From NCBI RefSeq assembly GCF_006345805.1, contig NC_043003.1, positions 15,934,001 to 15,998,000 on the forward strand: a stretch of DNA of 64,000 nucleotides. The letters are read 5' to 3'. Position numbers and translations under genes: made by a program. The stretch is from Octopus sinensis (taxonomy: Eukaryota). A model generated the notes under the pieces. The model saw only the letters and a list, made by a program, of their open reading frames with translations. It made no database searches and was not told the DNA's origin. This document shows positions 28,080 to 41,288 of this stretch, in pieces (position 1 is the stretch's first letter; the number at the start of each line of letters is the position of its first letter).

Positions 28080-28329
28080 AAATAAACTTGATATAGTGAC
28101 TTGGGATAGAGAAGAGAAACTGTGTACACCTCTGAAAACCAGCTACCCAGCGGATGTTTAAAAAAAACAAAGATCAACGAAAAATAAAATACCTACGCCG
28201 AACTACTGAGGAATCTACAGGTATTCTACCCAGATTACAAGTTGAGGTTTATACCAGTAATTATTGGTGCACTAGGATGTGTAACATACTGCCTAAGTAC
28301 CAGTCTTAAGAAATTAGGCTTCTCAAAAT
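28080..28329 (+). pseudogene. Restriction-like endonuclease (RLE) remnant of a Dong/R4-like non-LTR retrotransposon
   Basis: NKLDIVTWDREEKLCT...YPAD..KINEK*NTYAELLRNLQVFYPDYKLRFIPVIIGALG fits the PD..D..K..KY..PIIIGALG pattern. Confidence 0.75.
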
Positions 28330-28429
28330 ATTTTACGCCGCGGGAAAAAAGTGTTTTGTTGAGAATCCAATAATCTAACAACCTAGAAACAAAGGTAGGT
28401 AACAATTTGTCAGTGAATTACACAATATA

Positions 28430-28861
28430 AATGGGTAAAATTTCCGAGGCTCCACCACACCCTACCCCGTTTCTCGGACCACAAAAAGGGTTTTGCAGCA
28501 TATTAGGAGGCTAGAGTAGTTGATTCCACGTAAAAATCATTTTTTTTTCTTAGTTAAAATCGTGCGAATGTTATCTAAAAATTTGCCTGGAGTTTTTCAT
28601 AGTAAATTTGAGATTAAAAATAAATGTTTTCCATAGTCTTAATCTCCGCATTTTCCCACGTACATTGAAAGATAGATGGTGAAAAGATCAATGGGTATGG
28701 GGGTAAAATTTCGGAGGTTTCCACCACACCACACCCCGTTTTTCGAAACCACAAAAAGAGTTTTGTAGCATATTAGGAGGCGGGGTCGTTGATTCCACGC
28801 AAAAGATCCGTGTTTTTTTTTCTTAGTGAAAATCGTGCAAGTGTTAATCCAAAAATTTACC
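28430..28861. repeat. Two diverged ~160-bp direct repeats about 270 bp apart
   Basis: gggtaaaatttccgaggctccaccacac...aaaatcgtgcgaatgtta at 28433 versus gggtaaaatttcggaggtttccaccacac...aaaatcgtgcaagtgtta at 28701. Confidence 0.8.
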
Positions 28862-29269
28862 AACCTTTTTCCATTCATTTCTGTTTATGAAATTCTCTGT
28901 ACGTAATTTTGCTTTCTCGGTGGTCAAGGCAAATGATGACTTGCAAAGCAACAGTGCCTTAATGCTGACATTGGATACAATGACCTGCAAGTAATCTATA
29001 AATGGAAGAATAAAAGTATGTAAGACCTTTCTCAAGTTCAAAATATGAATTTGTTTTTGTTATCTATATCCCAAAAACGGAGCCATGTTTCGCTGAGAGA
29101 ACAGCTCGTTTCTTACAGAAAGATTTCAAATGAAAAAATAAGAGAACATTCATGAATAACGTAATACATATTTATAAATACATATATATACATACATACA
29201 CAAATGCAGATATATATCACTCTCAATCGTGAAAGAAAGTTCATAGAAAAGAAGCTTAGACTTAAGACT

Positions 29270-29480
29270 CAGCGTGAAAAACTCTGTTGTCGAAAAAAGA
29301 AAATTTGCACGAACCAGTATAAACCACAAGTTTGATTCCAATCCACAAGCTGTGTGGGAGAGTGATAAGAAACGATATCTTAGCAAAAGAAGGACTTCCC
29401 AGGGTGATCTAAGATCATTCAGGTATGGGATCTGGAACGAAAGGAAAGATTTTAACTGGAAGAAAGCATGACTTGATACA
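29270..29480 (+). pseudogene. Possible pre-RT region remnant of a Dong/R4-like LINE
   Basis: INHKFDSNPQAVW...FRYGIWNERKDFNWKKA resembles the N..F..NP..V....FW..IW.....N..A.W pattern. Confidence 0.4.
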
Positions 29481-30897
29481 ACAAACAAGAATACTGTATT
29501 GAGATCGACATTAAAACCTGTACGATTGAAACGGAAATTTTAATCAAAATTGTGGGGAAGCTGCATACAGGGACCGCACAGTTAGTCTTTCTTCATTTAA
29601 TAATACAAAATTTGTTATTTTTGTCGAGACTAATATATATATATATATATATATATATAGGGATTGGACAACGTATAGACATTTATAATTAACTTTCGAT
29701 TACATCAAAAACATTTGTATTCTTAATGAGTTTATTAAATTGTAATTATTCTGTGTATAAACTGAAAATTGACTTATTACATTGATCGATTGAGAATCGA
29801 TAAAATGTGAAAATAACAATCGAAGTCTAAATAATTTCAGCTTAAAATCATATAAATATAATTATATGTATATATGTATGTATGTATATTTGTGTGCATG
29901 TATGTGTGTATGTATGTAATTATTCAGTTGTATTTCAAAATTTCTTGCCAATAGAGAAAGAGCTGGTTTCTAACCTAGGTTCAAGGCTCCTTCATTGGTA
30001 TTTCAATATCAACAACAGGGTTCTTTTGTATGTATGTATGTATGTATGTATGTATGTATGTATGTATGTATGTTTGTGTATGCTTTGTTTTATATATGTT
30101 TTCTCATGTATGTATGTCTTTTCATGTATGTATGTCCTCTCATGTATGTATGTATGTATTTATGTACGCATGTATGTATGTGTAAGTGTACACATGTGCG
30201 TGTATATGTATGTTGTCCGAGTGTCTGTGATGAGGAATTATATACGTTATCATTGGTCAACCAGAATCACATCTAAGTAGTATATATGATAATTACAAGA
30301 AGAAAAAATGTCAAATATCCTTTTCTACTCTAAGCACAAGGCCCGAAATGTTGGGAGAGGGGGCCAGTCAATTAAATCGACCCCAGTTCGCAACTAGTAC
30401 TTAATTATCGACCGCGAAATGCTGATAGGCAAATTCGACCTCGGCGGAATTTGAACTCAGAACGTAAAGAGAGACCAAATATCGCTAAGTATTTCGTCCG
30501 GCGTGCTAACGTTTCTGCCAGCTCGCCACCTTAAGAATATCAAATTTCATCTAAAAATTGGTTTAAAAATGGAATTGTAATAACTCTTTTTTTACTACAG
30601 GCGCAAAACCTGAAATTTTGGAGGAACGTGACAGTTGATTACATCGACCCCAGAAACCAACTGGTACTTATTTCATCGGGCTCGATAGGACGAACGGCAA
30701 AGTCGACATCGGCGAAATTTGAACTCAGAACTTAAAGCCGGTAACAATGACACAAAGCATTTTGCCAGAGGAATACCCTAAATTAGAATTGTAATAATCT
30801 GATCTACTATAGGCATAAGGAGTGAAATTTGGAAGGAGGAGTGTGTCAAGGCGGGTGACAGCGTCCTTAGTAGTTGACTGGTATTTATTGCATTGAA

Positions 30898-31366
30898 GGG
30901 CGGCGAGCTGGCAGAATCGTTAGCACGCCGGGTGAAATGCTTAGCTGTATTTCGTCTGCCGTTACGTTCTGAGTTCAAATTCCGCCGAGGTCGACTTAGC
31001 CTTTCATCCTTTCGGGATCGATTAAATGAGTACCAGTTATGCACTGGGGTCGATATAATCGACTTAATCCGTTTGTCTGTCCTTGTTTGTCCTCTCTGTG
31101 TTTAGCCCCTTGTGGGTAGTAAAGAAATAGTCCTTGTTTGTCCTCTCTGTATTTAGCCCCTTGTGGGTAGTAAAGAAATAGGTATTTCGTCTGCCGCTAC
31201 GTTCTGAGTTCAAATTCCACCGAGGTCGACTTTGCCTTTCATCCTTTCGGGGTCGATTAAATGAGTACCAGTTATGCACTGGGGTCGATATAATCGACTT
31301 AATCCGTTTGTCTGTCCTTGTTTGTCCTCTCTGTGTTTAGCCCCTTGTGGGCAGTAAAGAAATAGG
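30898..31366 (+). mobile_element. SINE family A multimer with internal tail duplication
   Basis: Head at 30899, duplicated tail at 31130-31180, second body at 31182-31366. Confidence 0.9.
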
Positions 31367-31939
31367 CATTTACTGCATTGATACCGAAAGGATGAAAGAC
31401 AAAATAGAAGAAGAAGGAGAAGAAGAAGAAGAGAAGAAGAAGAAGAAGAAGAAGAAGAAAAAGAAGAAAAAGAAGAAGAAGAAAAAGAAGAAGAAGATAG
31501 CGTAAAGTGTTTTGAATAAACAAAAGAAAGAGGGAGCGAAGAAAGAAATAAGAATGGAACACTTGAGAAGGCAATCTCTAGAGTAAGATGTTTCTCGATG
31601 GCAGTTTCGTGGGGGTAGGGACGTTAGAGACAGAATTACTCCCACTTACTGTTTTCTTTACATATAACTTATCATTGAGAAAGGTAAATCTGTTATACAA
31701 TATTTCCACAAAGCACTCATTTAATTTTAAAGGAGGTTTTTATTTCAGAAAAAATATTAAACCACATTCCCTTTAAAACAAACTTAAATGTAGCTAGAAC
31801 GAATGATCTAGGTAGCTAAAATCGAAATTTATATAGAAATAATTACTTTTGTGATATGTTTTATATAAGTTTGTTCTGTGCTTTCAGAGGTGCATATTAT
31901 AATTCAAAATAGCTCCTTAATACCCTGTACATATCGTAA

Positions 31940-32400
31940 ATAAAAACAGAGGCAAAAATCTTTTCAAGGACCTTTATTTATAGTTTTAAAAGGACTGGTT
32001 TGCTTTGTATTATCAGAGAGTTTAACATTTGAAACAGCTCTTAACATTATGTTCACGTATAGAGACGAAAATCTTTAGGATTCTAAATAACTGAAAGCAA
32101 GAAGGACAGAAATAAAACGTGTATCACAGGACTTTATTGTTTTTAGTCTTAAAGGTTATTTATTTACACTTTGAAAAAGGGATATATTGCTCTCAGTATC
32201 GTAAGAGAGAGATTTCCAGTCGAAGTATCCCATAATACTATATTTACATATAAATAAGGCAGAGACGGAAATCTTCCAGAATGCAAATATTCCAGATCAG
32301 AAAAGCAGAAATAAAATGTACATCGCATCACAGGGATTTACTGCTTTTAAGTCTTAAAGAAAATTTATTTACAGTTTCAAAAAAGGGGATATTTTGCTCT
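31940..32400. repeat. Diverged ~200-bp tandem repeat, about 2.5 copies
   Basis: Recurring agagacg(a/g)aaatctt...agaaataaaa...tcacagg...agtcttaaag...atttatttaca...aaaaggggata..ttgctct. Confidence 0.65.
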
Positions 32401-33362
32401 GTTCACATATAAATTGATTGTAAATAATGAAAAACAAAAAAAAAACAGATTGCATCGAAAAGATAATTTAAGTGCAACTGCCACGAAGCTAGTCCCTAAG
32501 AGTTAGATTATGTTCGCGATTGTTGACTACATCTTTGAATTCTTGTATTACGGTAATTAACTTCCTTTACTTTTCTAGGGAATGGTTCTCGTCAAGAATT
32601 TTTGCTCGCGTTCATTTTCAACGTGGTAGTGTTGTGTTTTTCTTAATTCTTGTATAATTCTATGGGCGCCTGAATTAGAATTCTAATAAAATACTACTTA
32701 TCTTCATCATCATCATCATTATCGTCGTCGTCATCGTCATCTCATCATCTTCATCAACATCACTACAATCATCATCAACCGCTGTGCATTACTGTCTCGA
32801 GTCTTAGGATCAATAGGCATTACTCAAAAACACAACACACCACCCAGTACGGGAATCGAAACCGCGACCTCGAGATATTGTTTGCTCTCACCTAACCATT
32901 AGTTGTTTTTTTTTCTTATATAATTTTGTTGGGTGTTGAGGATACACAGATATCCATTCTTCATTGCATACCAAAAAACTATGTCGAAAATAATATCAGT
33001 GATCGATGTCCAAGGCATATATTTTCAAGTTTCTGATTGTTTAGACGTACGAGGCATTAATTCATAAAAAGCCAGATTTCATAACATGGGACAGATGCCA
33101 AACTAGTTTAACAAAACTAGAATTTTCATCGTTGCTGAATCGCATGGTCCATCCATTTGTCTCAGTTTACCGCTAAAAGCTTTGACATAAATAGCAGAAA
33201 AGACTAATTACATTACCCTGAAATTCGCTTTTAGAAGCCCTGATCACATCTAAATGAAACTCTGCCATCGTTGCATAAGGATTTAATTCCGATTCATGTT
33301 CTTCTCCAAAATCTACTAACTCTTCAAATAAGTTTTATAAAGCATTTTGGATGTTTGTACTC

Positions 33363-33746
33363 AGGCGCATGACCCAGTGGTTAAAGCGTCGGGTTCACAA
33401 CCATGATGTAGTGAGTTCGATTCCCAGTCCAGGCTGTGTGTTGTGTTCTTGAGCAAGACACTTTATTTCAAATTTGCTCCAGTTCACTAAACTGTATAAA
33501 TGAGTTGCAACGTCACTGGTACCTAGATATATCGGCCTTTGCCTTTCCCTTGTATAACATCGGTGGCGTGGAAAGGGGAGGCTGGTCCGCATGGGTGACT
33601 GCTGGTCTCCCATAAACAACCTTGCCCGGACTTGTGCCTCGGAGGGGAACTTTCTAGGTGCAAACACATGATCATCTGAGAAAATTTCTCGCTTTACTTT
33701 CTAGGTATATTTTCTTGGTCATTCGTGACTGAGGGGGGTCTTTACC
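33363..33746 (+). mobile_element. tRNA-derived SINE family D with a small insertion near the 3' end
   Basis: Homologous to the reverse complement of 21808-22138. Confidence 0.85.
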
Positions 33747-33824
33747 CTTTAATAAGAGGATAGGTAAAACAATTACAGTTCCAACAGGAACATCAATAGT
33801 ATACAGTTCATAAAAAGTTCGCAA

Positions 33825-34055
33825 AGGCGGTGAGCTGGCAGAAACGTTAGCACGCCGGGCGAAATGCTTCGCGGTATTTCCTCTGCCGTTACGTTCTGAG
33901 TTCAAATTCCGCCGAGGTCGACTTTGTCTTTCATCCTTTCGAGGTCGATAAATTAAGTACCAGTTTCGCACTGGGGTCGATGTAATCGACTTAATCCCTT
34001 TGTCTGTCTTTGTTTGTCCCCTCTATGTTTAGCCCCTTGTGGGCAGTAAAGAAAT
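33825..34055 (+). mobile_element. Full-length SINE family A
   Basis: Complete head-to-tail monomer; atacagttcataaaaa occurs on both flanks. Confidence 0.9.
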
Positions 34056-34521
34056 ATATACAGTTCATAAAATAACATGCAGCTGAAGAGAGCTGTGAAA
34101 GTGCTAACCAAGTATTTCACTATTAGGTGATATTTTGTATCAGGGGCGTAGGCAAAACTGTATGATTAAGAAGCCCGCTTTGCAACAACGGCATTTGGGA
34201 TTCAATCCGACTGATCGACACGTTGGGCAAGAGTCTTTTACTATAACCCTGGAGCCGAACATTGCTTTGTGAATGAATTTTGTTGGCGGAAATTGTGTCG
34301 AATCCCGTCGCATGTGTATGTGTGTGTCTTCGTGTCTGTATTTGTTTCCTCACCTACATCATTTAACAACCGGTGTCGATTTGTTTACATCCATATAAAT
34401 TAATGGTTTAGCAAAAGAAACTAATAGAATAAGCACCAAGCTTAAATAGTACACAGTGAAGTCGATCTATTCGACTAAGTCCCTTCAAGGCGTGGCCGCA
34501 GTCCAATGGCTGAAGCAAGTG

Positions 34522-34870
34522 GCACTCCGTCGGTTGCGACGACGAGGGTTCCAATTGATCCGATCAACGGAACAGCCTGCTCGTGAAATTAACGTGCAAG
34601 TAGCTGAACATTCCACAGACACGTGAACCCTTAATAGAGTTCTCGGGGAGATTCAGTGTGACATAGAGTGGGACAAAGCTGACCCTTCGAAATACAGCAA
34701 TAACAGAAATAGAAAGAAAGAGTGAGAGAAAGTTGTGGTGAAAGAGTACAGTAGAGTTCGCCACCAGCCCCTGCCGGAGCCTCGTGGAACTTTAAGTGTT
34801 TTTGCTAAATAAACATTCACAACGCACGTATGGGAATCGAAACTGCCAGTCCGCTGCCCTAACCACTGGA
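34522..34870 (-). mobile_element. Chimeric SINE: family C head plus the tail type seen at 6300-6468
   Basis: 34705-34870 matches the reverse complement of 9600-9780. 34522-34700 matches the reverse complement of the tail of the family D-like copy at 6190-6468. Confidence 0.75.
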
Positions 34871-36349
34871 CTATGCTGAAGCAAGTAACAGACAAAAGAA
34901 GCAGAAGCGAACTTCTATAGCAACAGGTGTCTGTTCAAGAGGTCTCTAAGCTAGCTATAATTTTTTATTTTAATTCTGATGATATCAGACGCCACCATGA
35001 TCAAGAAAATATACATGCAAATATTTGAATAATTTCACAAAGGAGGTGTTTTGTATGTTTTGACTGTGTTTCTAAATCGAAATAATTGCTGCGCAAGTAA
35101 TTGGAAGATGCTTGACTTTTACAATATTTTTGCTAAATGCTTCCCAATTGCAAGTCTACATACAACAGGGTTGTCGTAATCATGTGGCTGTTACTGTTTC
35201 CTCAGTACCAACAATAATAATATTCTTTCAAAATATATTTTGTTTTTATCTCTAACCATTAAGAATCCTCGTACATCTAACACATAACAGTTTTTATGTG
35301 ATACCACGATTTTACAGATCTCTTTCAATTTGTGTTGAATATGAGAACAACACCTCAACTGTTTTCCTTATATTGCAGAGCGTTGGAACAATTTCGAAGA
35401 TCTTTTTATACTGCGGCAAAGCCTACAATAAAATATATATAGTGATGGATAAAACTGGGGCGAGCAATAAACCTTAGAAAGATAAAGCCCTCGGATAAAA
35501 GAACTGGATATATATTAAGCTTTTTAACAGAAGCAGCAAACAGAGTAATCGACGCTTAGGGTAAAAATAAAAGGAAAGTCAAAAAAGAAATGATCCGCAA
35601 GGTGAACGTCTTTTATCCGATAACCGCATGGTTAATGTATGAACTGAGGCGTGTTTATATTAAAGCTATACGGCGAAAAGGTGGAAAAGGTGATCATTCG
35701 GTATTTTGAGCTTCTGGCATTAGGTTGGTCCGAATGTTGTTTGTAATAAAATGAATTATACGATAAGGAAGCTGTTTGGATTGCCGGTTATGTCTTCAAA
35801 GTAATGGGAACGGTGCTTAAATATCAAATACAAGTTTTTATACTCTGATACATACACACACACACTCTCTCTCTTTCTCTTTCCCTCTCTCTTTCTCTCT
35901 CTCACACACACACACTCATGTCTGTGTAGTATTACATGAATATATTTCGCTACTGCCCCTGTCACTTCCTCTCCTGAAGCTTTCAGTCATACTGTAACAT
36001 GTTTTATCCTTCACTCGCCCTAGGACACTGGGTGTATCTCGGCAAGTGATTGTAAGAAGAAGAAGAAGAAGAAGAAGAAGAGGAGAAGGAGGAATACAAG
36101 CGCCGCCATGATAAAGTATATATATATATATACTTAGCGGTTCGGCAAAAGAGACCGTTAGAATAAGTACTGGGCTTACAAAGAATAAGTCCCGGGGTCG
36201 ATTTGCTCGACTAAAGGCGGTGCTCCAGCATGGCCGCAGTCAAATGACTGAAACAAGTAAAAGAGTAAAAAAGAGTATATATATGATGGATTCTTTAAGT
36301 CATGAAAGACAAATGAAGATTCAGTAAAATAAAGCGGTAATCATGTCCT

Positions 36350-36786
36350 ATGCTTGCTTGCTTGCTTGCTTGAGACAGCATTCACCCGGGGTGGGTTAAG
36401 CTGGCTTCATTCAACCTCAATGCTGCATCTCTCACAAACGCCGACCGGGCCTGGCGATTTGAGGCTAATGACCACGTGATCTCCAGCCACTCCTTATTCC
36501 AGCGGCGAACGCCGTAGACATGGGAACCTAGGTTGGGTTCCAGATCAGCCTTGACTGTCATCAGCCAGGTTTTTCGTTGTCTCCCACATCGTTTTCGCCA
36601 ACCCCGAAGGGAAGCTGGGGCAATTGCTTCGTAGATTAATTCTCCTGGTTGACGACAGAGGGCATGACCCAGCCAACGCAGATGTCTCGTTAGGATGACT
36701 TGTTGGAGGGAGGTAATTTTGCACTGGTGTCGCACTGAATTGTTGGAGACAAAGTGATGCCATCGGACACGAAGGACATCAATCAT
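36350..36786 (-). mobile_element. 5'-truncated RTE-clade LINE: ORF C-terminus plus (CAAG)n tail
   Basis: RHLRWLGHALCR...GWRKRCGRQRKTWLMTVKADL...W..LASNRQA matches the RTE C-terminal R.LRW.GH / GR....W motifs. Tandem (caag)n tail at 36350-36372. Confidence 0.88.
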
Positions 36787-37679
36787 ATCCTATGGACACG
36801 AATGTGTCTCCTGAGGCCTGCTGGTGCCTAGCAAACCTTTTGGAAAATGGGATAAGTTGAGGGCAAGTTTGCCTGAATGCTTGTGGATCATTTCTTACGT
36901 GTTTTCTTGAGTGGACGGAATTTTTATGTCAACCAAATCCATCCACGAGGCATTATTTGGCCCGGAGCCATATAAGAACACACATGCTTGAGGTGATATG
37001 CAATGGGACTGAACGCAGAATCGTTATTCCCCAGAATCCTCTCACAACACAACCACACCTCCGCCTATGTGAATACCGTATAGAGAAAATGGGTTTATTG
37101 TAAACACACAAATCAACTTATTTCTAGATAATATAAGACAATGAGCCAAAAACGGAAACAATTCTCACCAGATTCAGAAGCCTTTTTTGTCGCCTCCGAG
37201 CAGCATTTGATTACGTAATGAGATCTGAATAAATTACCAAACAACGAAATCAAGCTAATTTAATTGTAGCTGACATGACATGTTAAATGAGGGATAGGTT
37301 TGATTTATATACGCAGCACGGGAAATAGCCTGGCATTATATTCCATGTGTTAGCTTTCTGTCAAATCTCTGGTTGATTCATCCAGATTATAATATTTAAA
37401 CTAATATTATACATACATATGTGTGTGTGTGTATGTGTGTGTGTTTATAGATACACGTGTGTGTACGTATGTGAGGGTGTGCATACATTCACTTGAACGG
37501 TTACAAAATCGCTGACTTCTCTGTGAGTATGGAAACATGGCTGCCAGATTATTAATTTAGTTTCGATTCTAGAATTTATTATCCTTCTTTCCGTAACTGA
37601 GCACTCCTTCTTCCGGATAGTTATTGAATTACTCTCTCACTCTCTCTCTCTCTGTCTATATATCTTTATCTCTCTCTCC

Positions 37680-37754
<75 letters not shown>

Positions 37755-37764
<10 letters not shown>

Positions 37765-38169
37765 TATTAGAGACAAAACCACTATTTTGCAAAACAAACA
37801 AGGAAAGACTTAATCAATACATAAAATTTTAATAAATAGTCAAAAAAACCGCCACTACAATTGTTCTTGTCTTGATCGACAATCTTCAGGTGGACTTCCA
37901 ATAAGTCAGTTTCAAATTATGAAGTCATAATTTGAAACTGACTTATTGGAAGTCCACCTGAAGATTGTCGATCAAGACAAGAAACAATTGTAGTGGCGGT
38001 TTTTTTGACTATTTATTAAAATTTTATGTATTGATTAAGTCTTTCCTTATTTGTTTTGCAAAATAGTGGTTTTGTCTCTAATAATATTTTATAATATTTT
38101 ACTATAAAATTGGATTTAATCCTAAATCTGATTTTTTCCCTGTAAATTTGGATTTATCCCTAATATTTA

Positions 38170-38175
<6 letters not shown>
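37755..38175 (+). mobile_element. Fold-back Penelope-like terminal fragment: palindrome 37755-38093 plus unique 3' extension, embedded in (TA)n
   Basis: Arms 37755-37922 and 37925-38093 with a 2-nt spacer and only two differences seen. The 3' part is homologous to 45081-45315. Confidence 0.85.
37954..37996 (+). ncRNA. Minimal type-I hammerhead ribozyme with palindromic stem III
   Basis: ccac-CTGAAGA-ttgtc gatcaa gacaa-GAA-ac aatt gt-A-gtgg; predicted cleavage after 37992. The mirror copy on the minus strand (37852-37893) lacks one A of GAAA. Confidence 0.88.
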
Positions 38176-38248
<73 letters not shown>

Positions 38249-38883
38249 TACATACATATATACATACACACACATATATATATATATACATGCACATATA
38301 TATGCATATGTATTAGTATATATATAAGTATATACATATATATATATATATATATATAACACACACACGCACACATATATATATATACATATATACATAT
38401 ATGTATATATACATATATATATATAAATATGCATATACATGTTTATATGTATACATATATACATATATATGTACGGATATATATTTGAGTGTGTGTATGT
38501 ATGCATGTATGTATACATGCATGGTCACATTAATCTAGGGATTATAATACAGCAAAACCTACTATTCAATTCTACTGGACTAGACATGAGAAAAGTTATA
38601 ATATTATAATAACAATTAATACTAACATTATATATATATTTTTTCTATTTCATAACTATCACCGCGGGATTATCCAGCTTCACTGAATTTCAAAAATAGA
38701 TGTAAAAATATACTCAAATCCCAAAAATAAAACATGTAAATCACACAATCCGAATCAATAAACTTAAATATATATTTCCGTCTTTGTGAAATAAAATATT
38801 TGTTTTACTTCAAATAGACGTTTTACAGTAATATTGTATAATTAACTCCATTCATTGCTTAAGCTATCTTTTTATTTTAATAA

Positions 38884-39277
38884 CTAGCAGTATCGCCCGG
38901 CGTTGCTCGGGTTTGTTTCGACCATTTAGAATTGAAATTTTTGAAAAATAAAAAGTTTGCATTATGTAGCTTGTTATTCTCTTTAAGTGTACATTTTTTG
39001 GGATGAAATACACCGAAAAATGGCGACACAGTAGTCAAAAAATCGTAAAAAATAGGGATTGTCATAGAAAAAAAGCACCTTTTTGATGTAAATAATTTTT
39101 GGTCTTAACATGGTCCGATTTGAATTTTTTTTCTTCTACGGAAGGAAGAGAAAGCCTTCTTCTATCATACTCTCAATTTTGGTCAACTTACGCCGCAGGG
39201 TCTTGGAGGAGATAGTGTTAGTTGAAGGCTACCAAATATGCTATACACAGACAACTTCAGCTTTATATATTGAGAGA
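38884..39277 (-). mobile_element. Non-autonomous Helitron
   Basis: Minus strand starts TC(TCTCAATATATAAAGCTG) and ends with hairpin cccgagc-aac-gccggg followed by CTAG; inserted between A and T. Confidence 0.85.
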
Positions 39278-41179
39278 TTAACTCCATTCATTGCTTAAGC
39301 TATTTTATTTTAATAATCGTGTTGTTTTTCTTCTACTTGTTTCAGTCATTGGACTACGACCTTGCTGGGACACCGCATTGAAGGGTTTAGTTAAAGAAAT
39401 CGATCCCAGTTTGAATGGTTTATTTAGCTTGGTATTCGTTTTATTGATCTCTGTTGCTGAATCGTTATGTTACGTGAACGTAAACAAACCAACCCCAGTT
39501 TTCAAGGGTGGTGCGGTGACAAATACAGCTACAAAGACACACACACGCACATGAAAGGTTTCCATGCAATTTCCGTTATCAAATTTATTGATTATTTGGG
39601 GGCTTAAATAAAAGACACTTACCCAAAGTGTTGGGTTGTGCGATTGAGCTTGAACCCCTGTGTTTCCAAATGCTCGACCTTCAGTACTTATTGATAGCAT
39701 CAGAGCATACAACATGAGAAGTTAGTTTGCTGTCATCAAACTGTACATAAACACTATATGTATGTATGTATGTATGTATGTACGTATGCATGTATGTATG
39801 TATGTAGGTGTCTGTGTGCGTGTGTACTCCTTGTATCAAGCTAAGAAGCGGCCCGCGATTCCATAATTTTTTATCCGAGTCAAATGGAACAAACTGCTAC
39901 TCATCTTTGTTAGAGTATCTGTGTAAATGGAGTTTCGACCTGATAGTTTGTACTAGCATTAATTGACATAAGTTGTAGTAATGAAGTCCAAACCAAATAG
40001 TTATATTTTGAGAACATAAAATATGTATGTTTCAGGCTTGTGTAATGTATAATGGTTTCAAATTTTGCCACAGGGGCAGCCATTTTGAGGGAGGAGATAA
40101 GTCGTTTACATCGACCTCAGTGTTCCACTTGTACTTAATTTATCGACCCTGAAAGGATGAAAGGCAAAGTCAACCTCGGCGGAATTTGAACTCAGAACGT
40201 AACGGCAGACGAAATACGGCTACGCAATTCGCCCGGCGCGCTAACGTTTCTGCCAGCTCGCCGCCATGCCTGCGTAATATATGATAGAAAATGCATTTGT
40301 GTATTCAAAAATGTGTGCCTAATTGTTTGTAACTTAGGCACAATGCCAGAAATTTGAGAGTATGTGAGGTACAGTAGACCATCTCGAACTTGTCCCTTGA
40401 CTGTCACATGAAATTATTGAACAGGAACTGTTGAAGGACAAAGCGAACACCACAGGACTTGAACTCAGAATATAAAGAAGCCAATTACACAGTGTAAAGC
40501 GTTTTATCTGTCGCTCTAACTACACCGTCAATCTACCGTCATATTCATACCCGGTTAATGAAAAAGTCCCTTCGGATTAAATTGCCTTTGCAGTGAGAAG
40601 CATTTAGAGAATTACCTTCCATTTTTTCTTAATCGAGAGAAAATTTAGCTGTCAAAATAACTCAAAATGTAGTCCCACTCATTAAATTTTTTTCCTCAAA
40701 ATATCGCCCACCTTTGCTCTGCAGACATTTATCATAAAATCATAATCCAAATGGAAGAGTCAGAAGACAGTAACAGTTACTTAAAACGAGAGGAATGTAT
40801 AACAGAAATAAACGAAATAAACGCCACAAATGTTTTCTTTTTAAATATATATTCCAATCGTCTCAGATACATGATGAAAAATTACAAAAATATTCTACAA
40901 TATGCAATTAAAACTAATCTTACACAATATATATTCTCGTTCTTCATATAGTTTAAACGCTTTAATATATTGGTTTAAATTTTGGCACAAAACCACTGAT
41001 TGACGGGTGGGGTTAGTTGATTATATTGACCCCTCTGCTCAATCGATACTTATTTTATCTATCTTGAAAGGATGCAAAGCAAAGCCGACTTTGGAAGAAT
41101 TTGAACGCAGAGCGTAAAGACGGACAAAATGCCACTAAACATTTGCCCGGCGTGCTAACGATTCTGCCAGCTCGCCGCC

Positions 41180-41237
<58 letters not shown>

Positions 41238-41288
41238 TAATAATAATAATAATAATAATAAAATAATAATAATAATAATAATAATAAT
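41180..41288. repeat. (AAT)n microsatellite abutting the head of a minus-strand SINE family A
   Basis: Read directly. Confidence 0.95.

Noticed and set aside
34082-34110. CTGAAGA...GAAA possible hammerhead
   Set aside because: P1 and P2 do not form.
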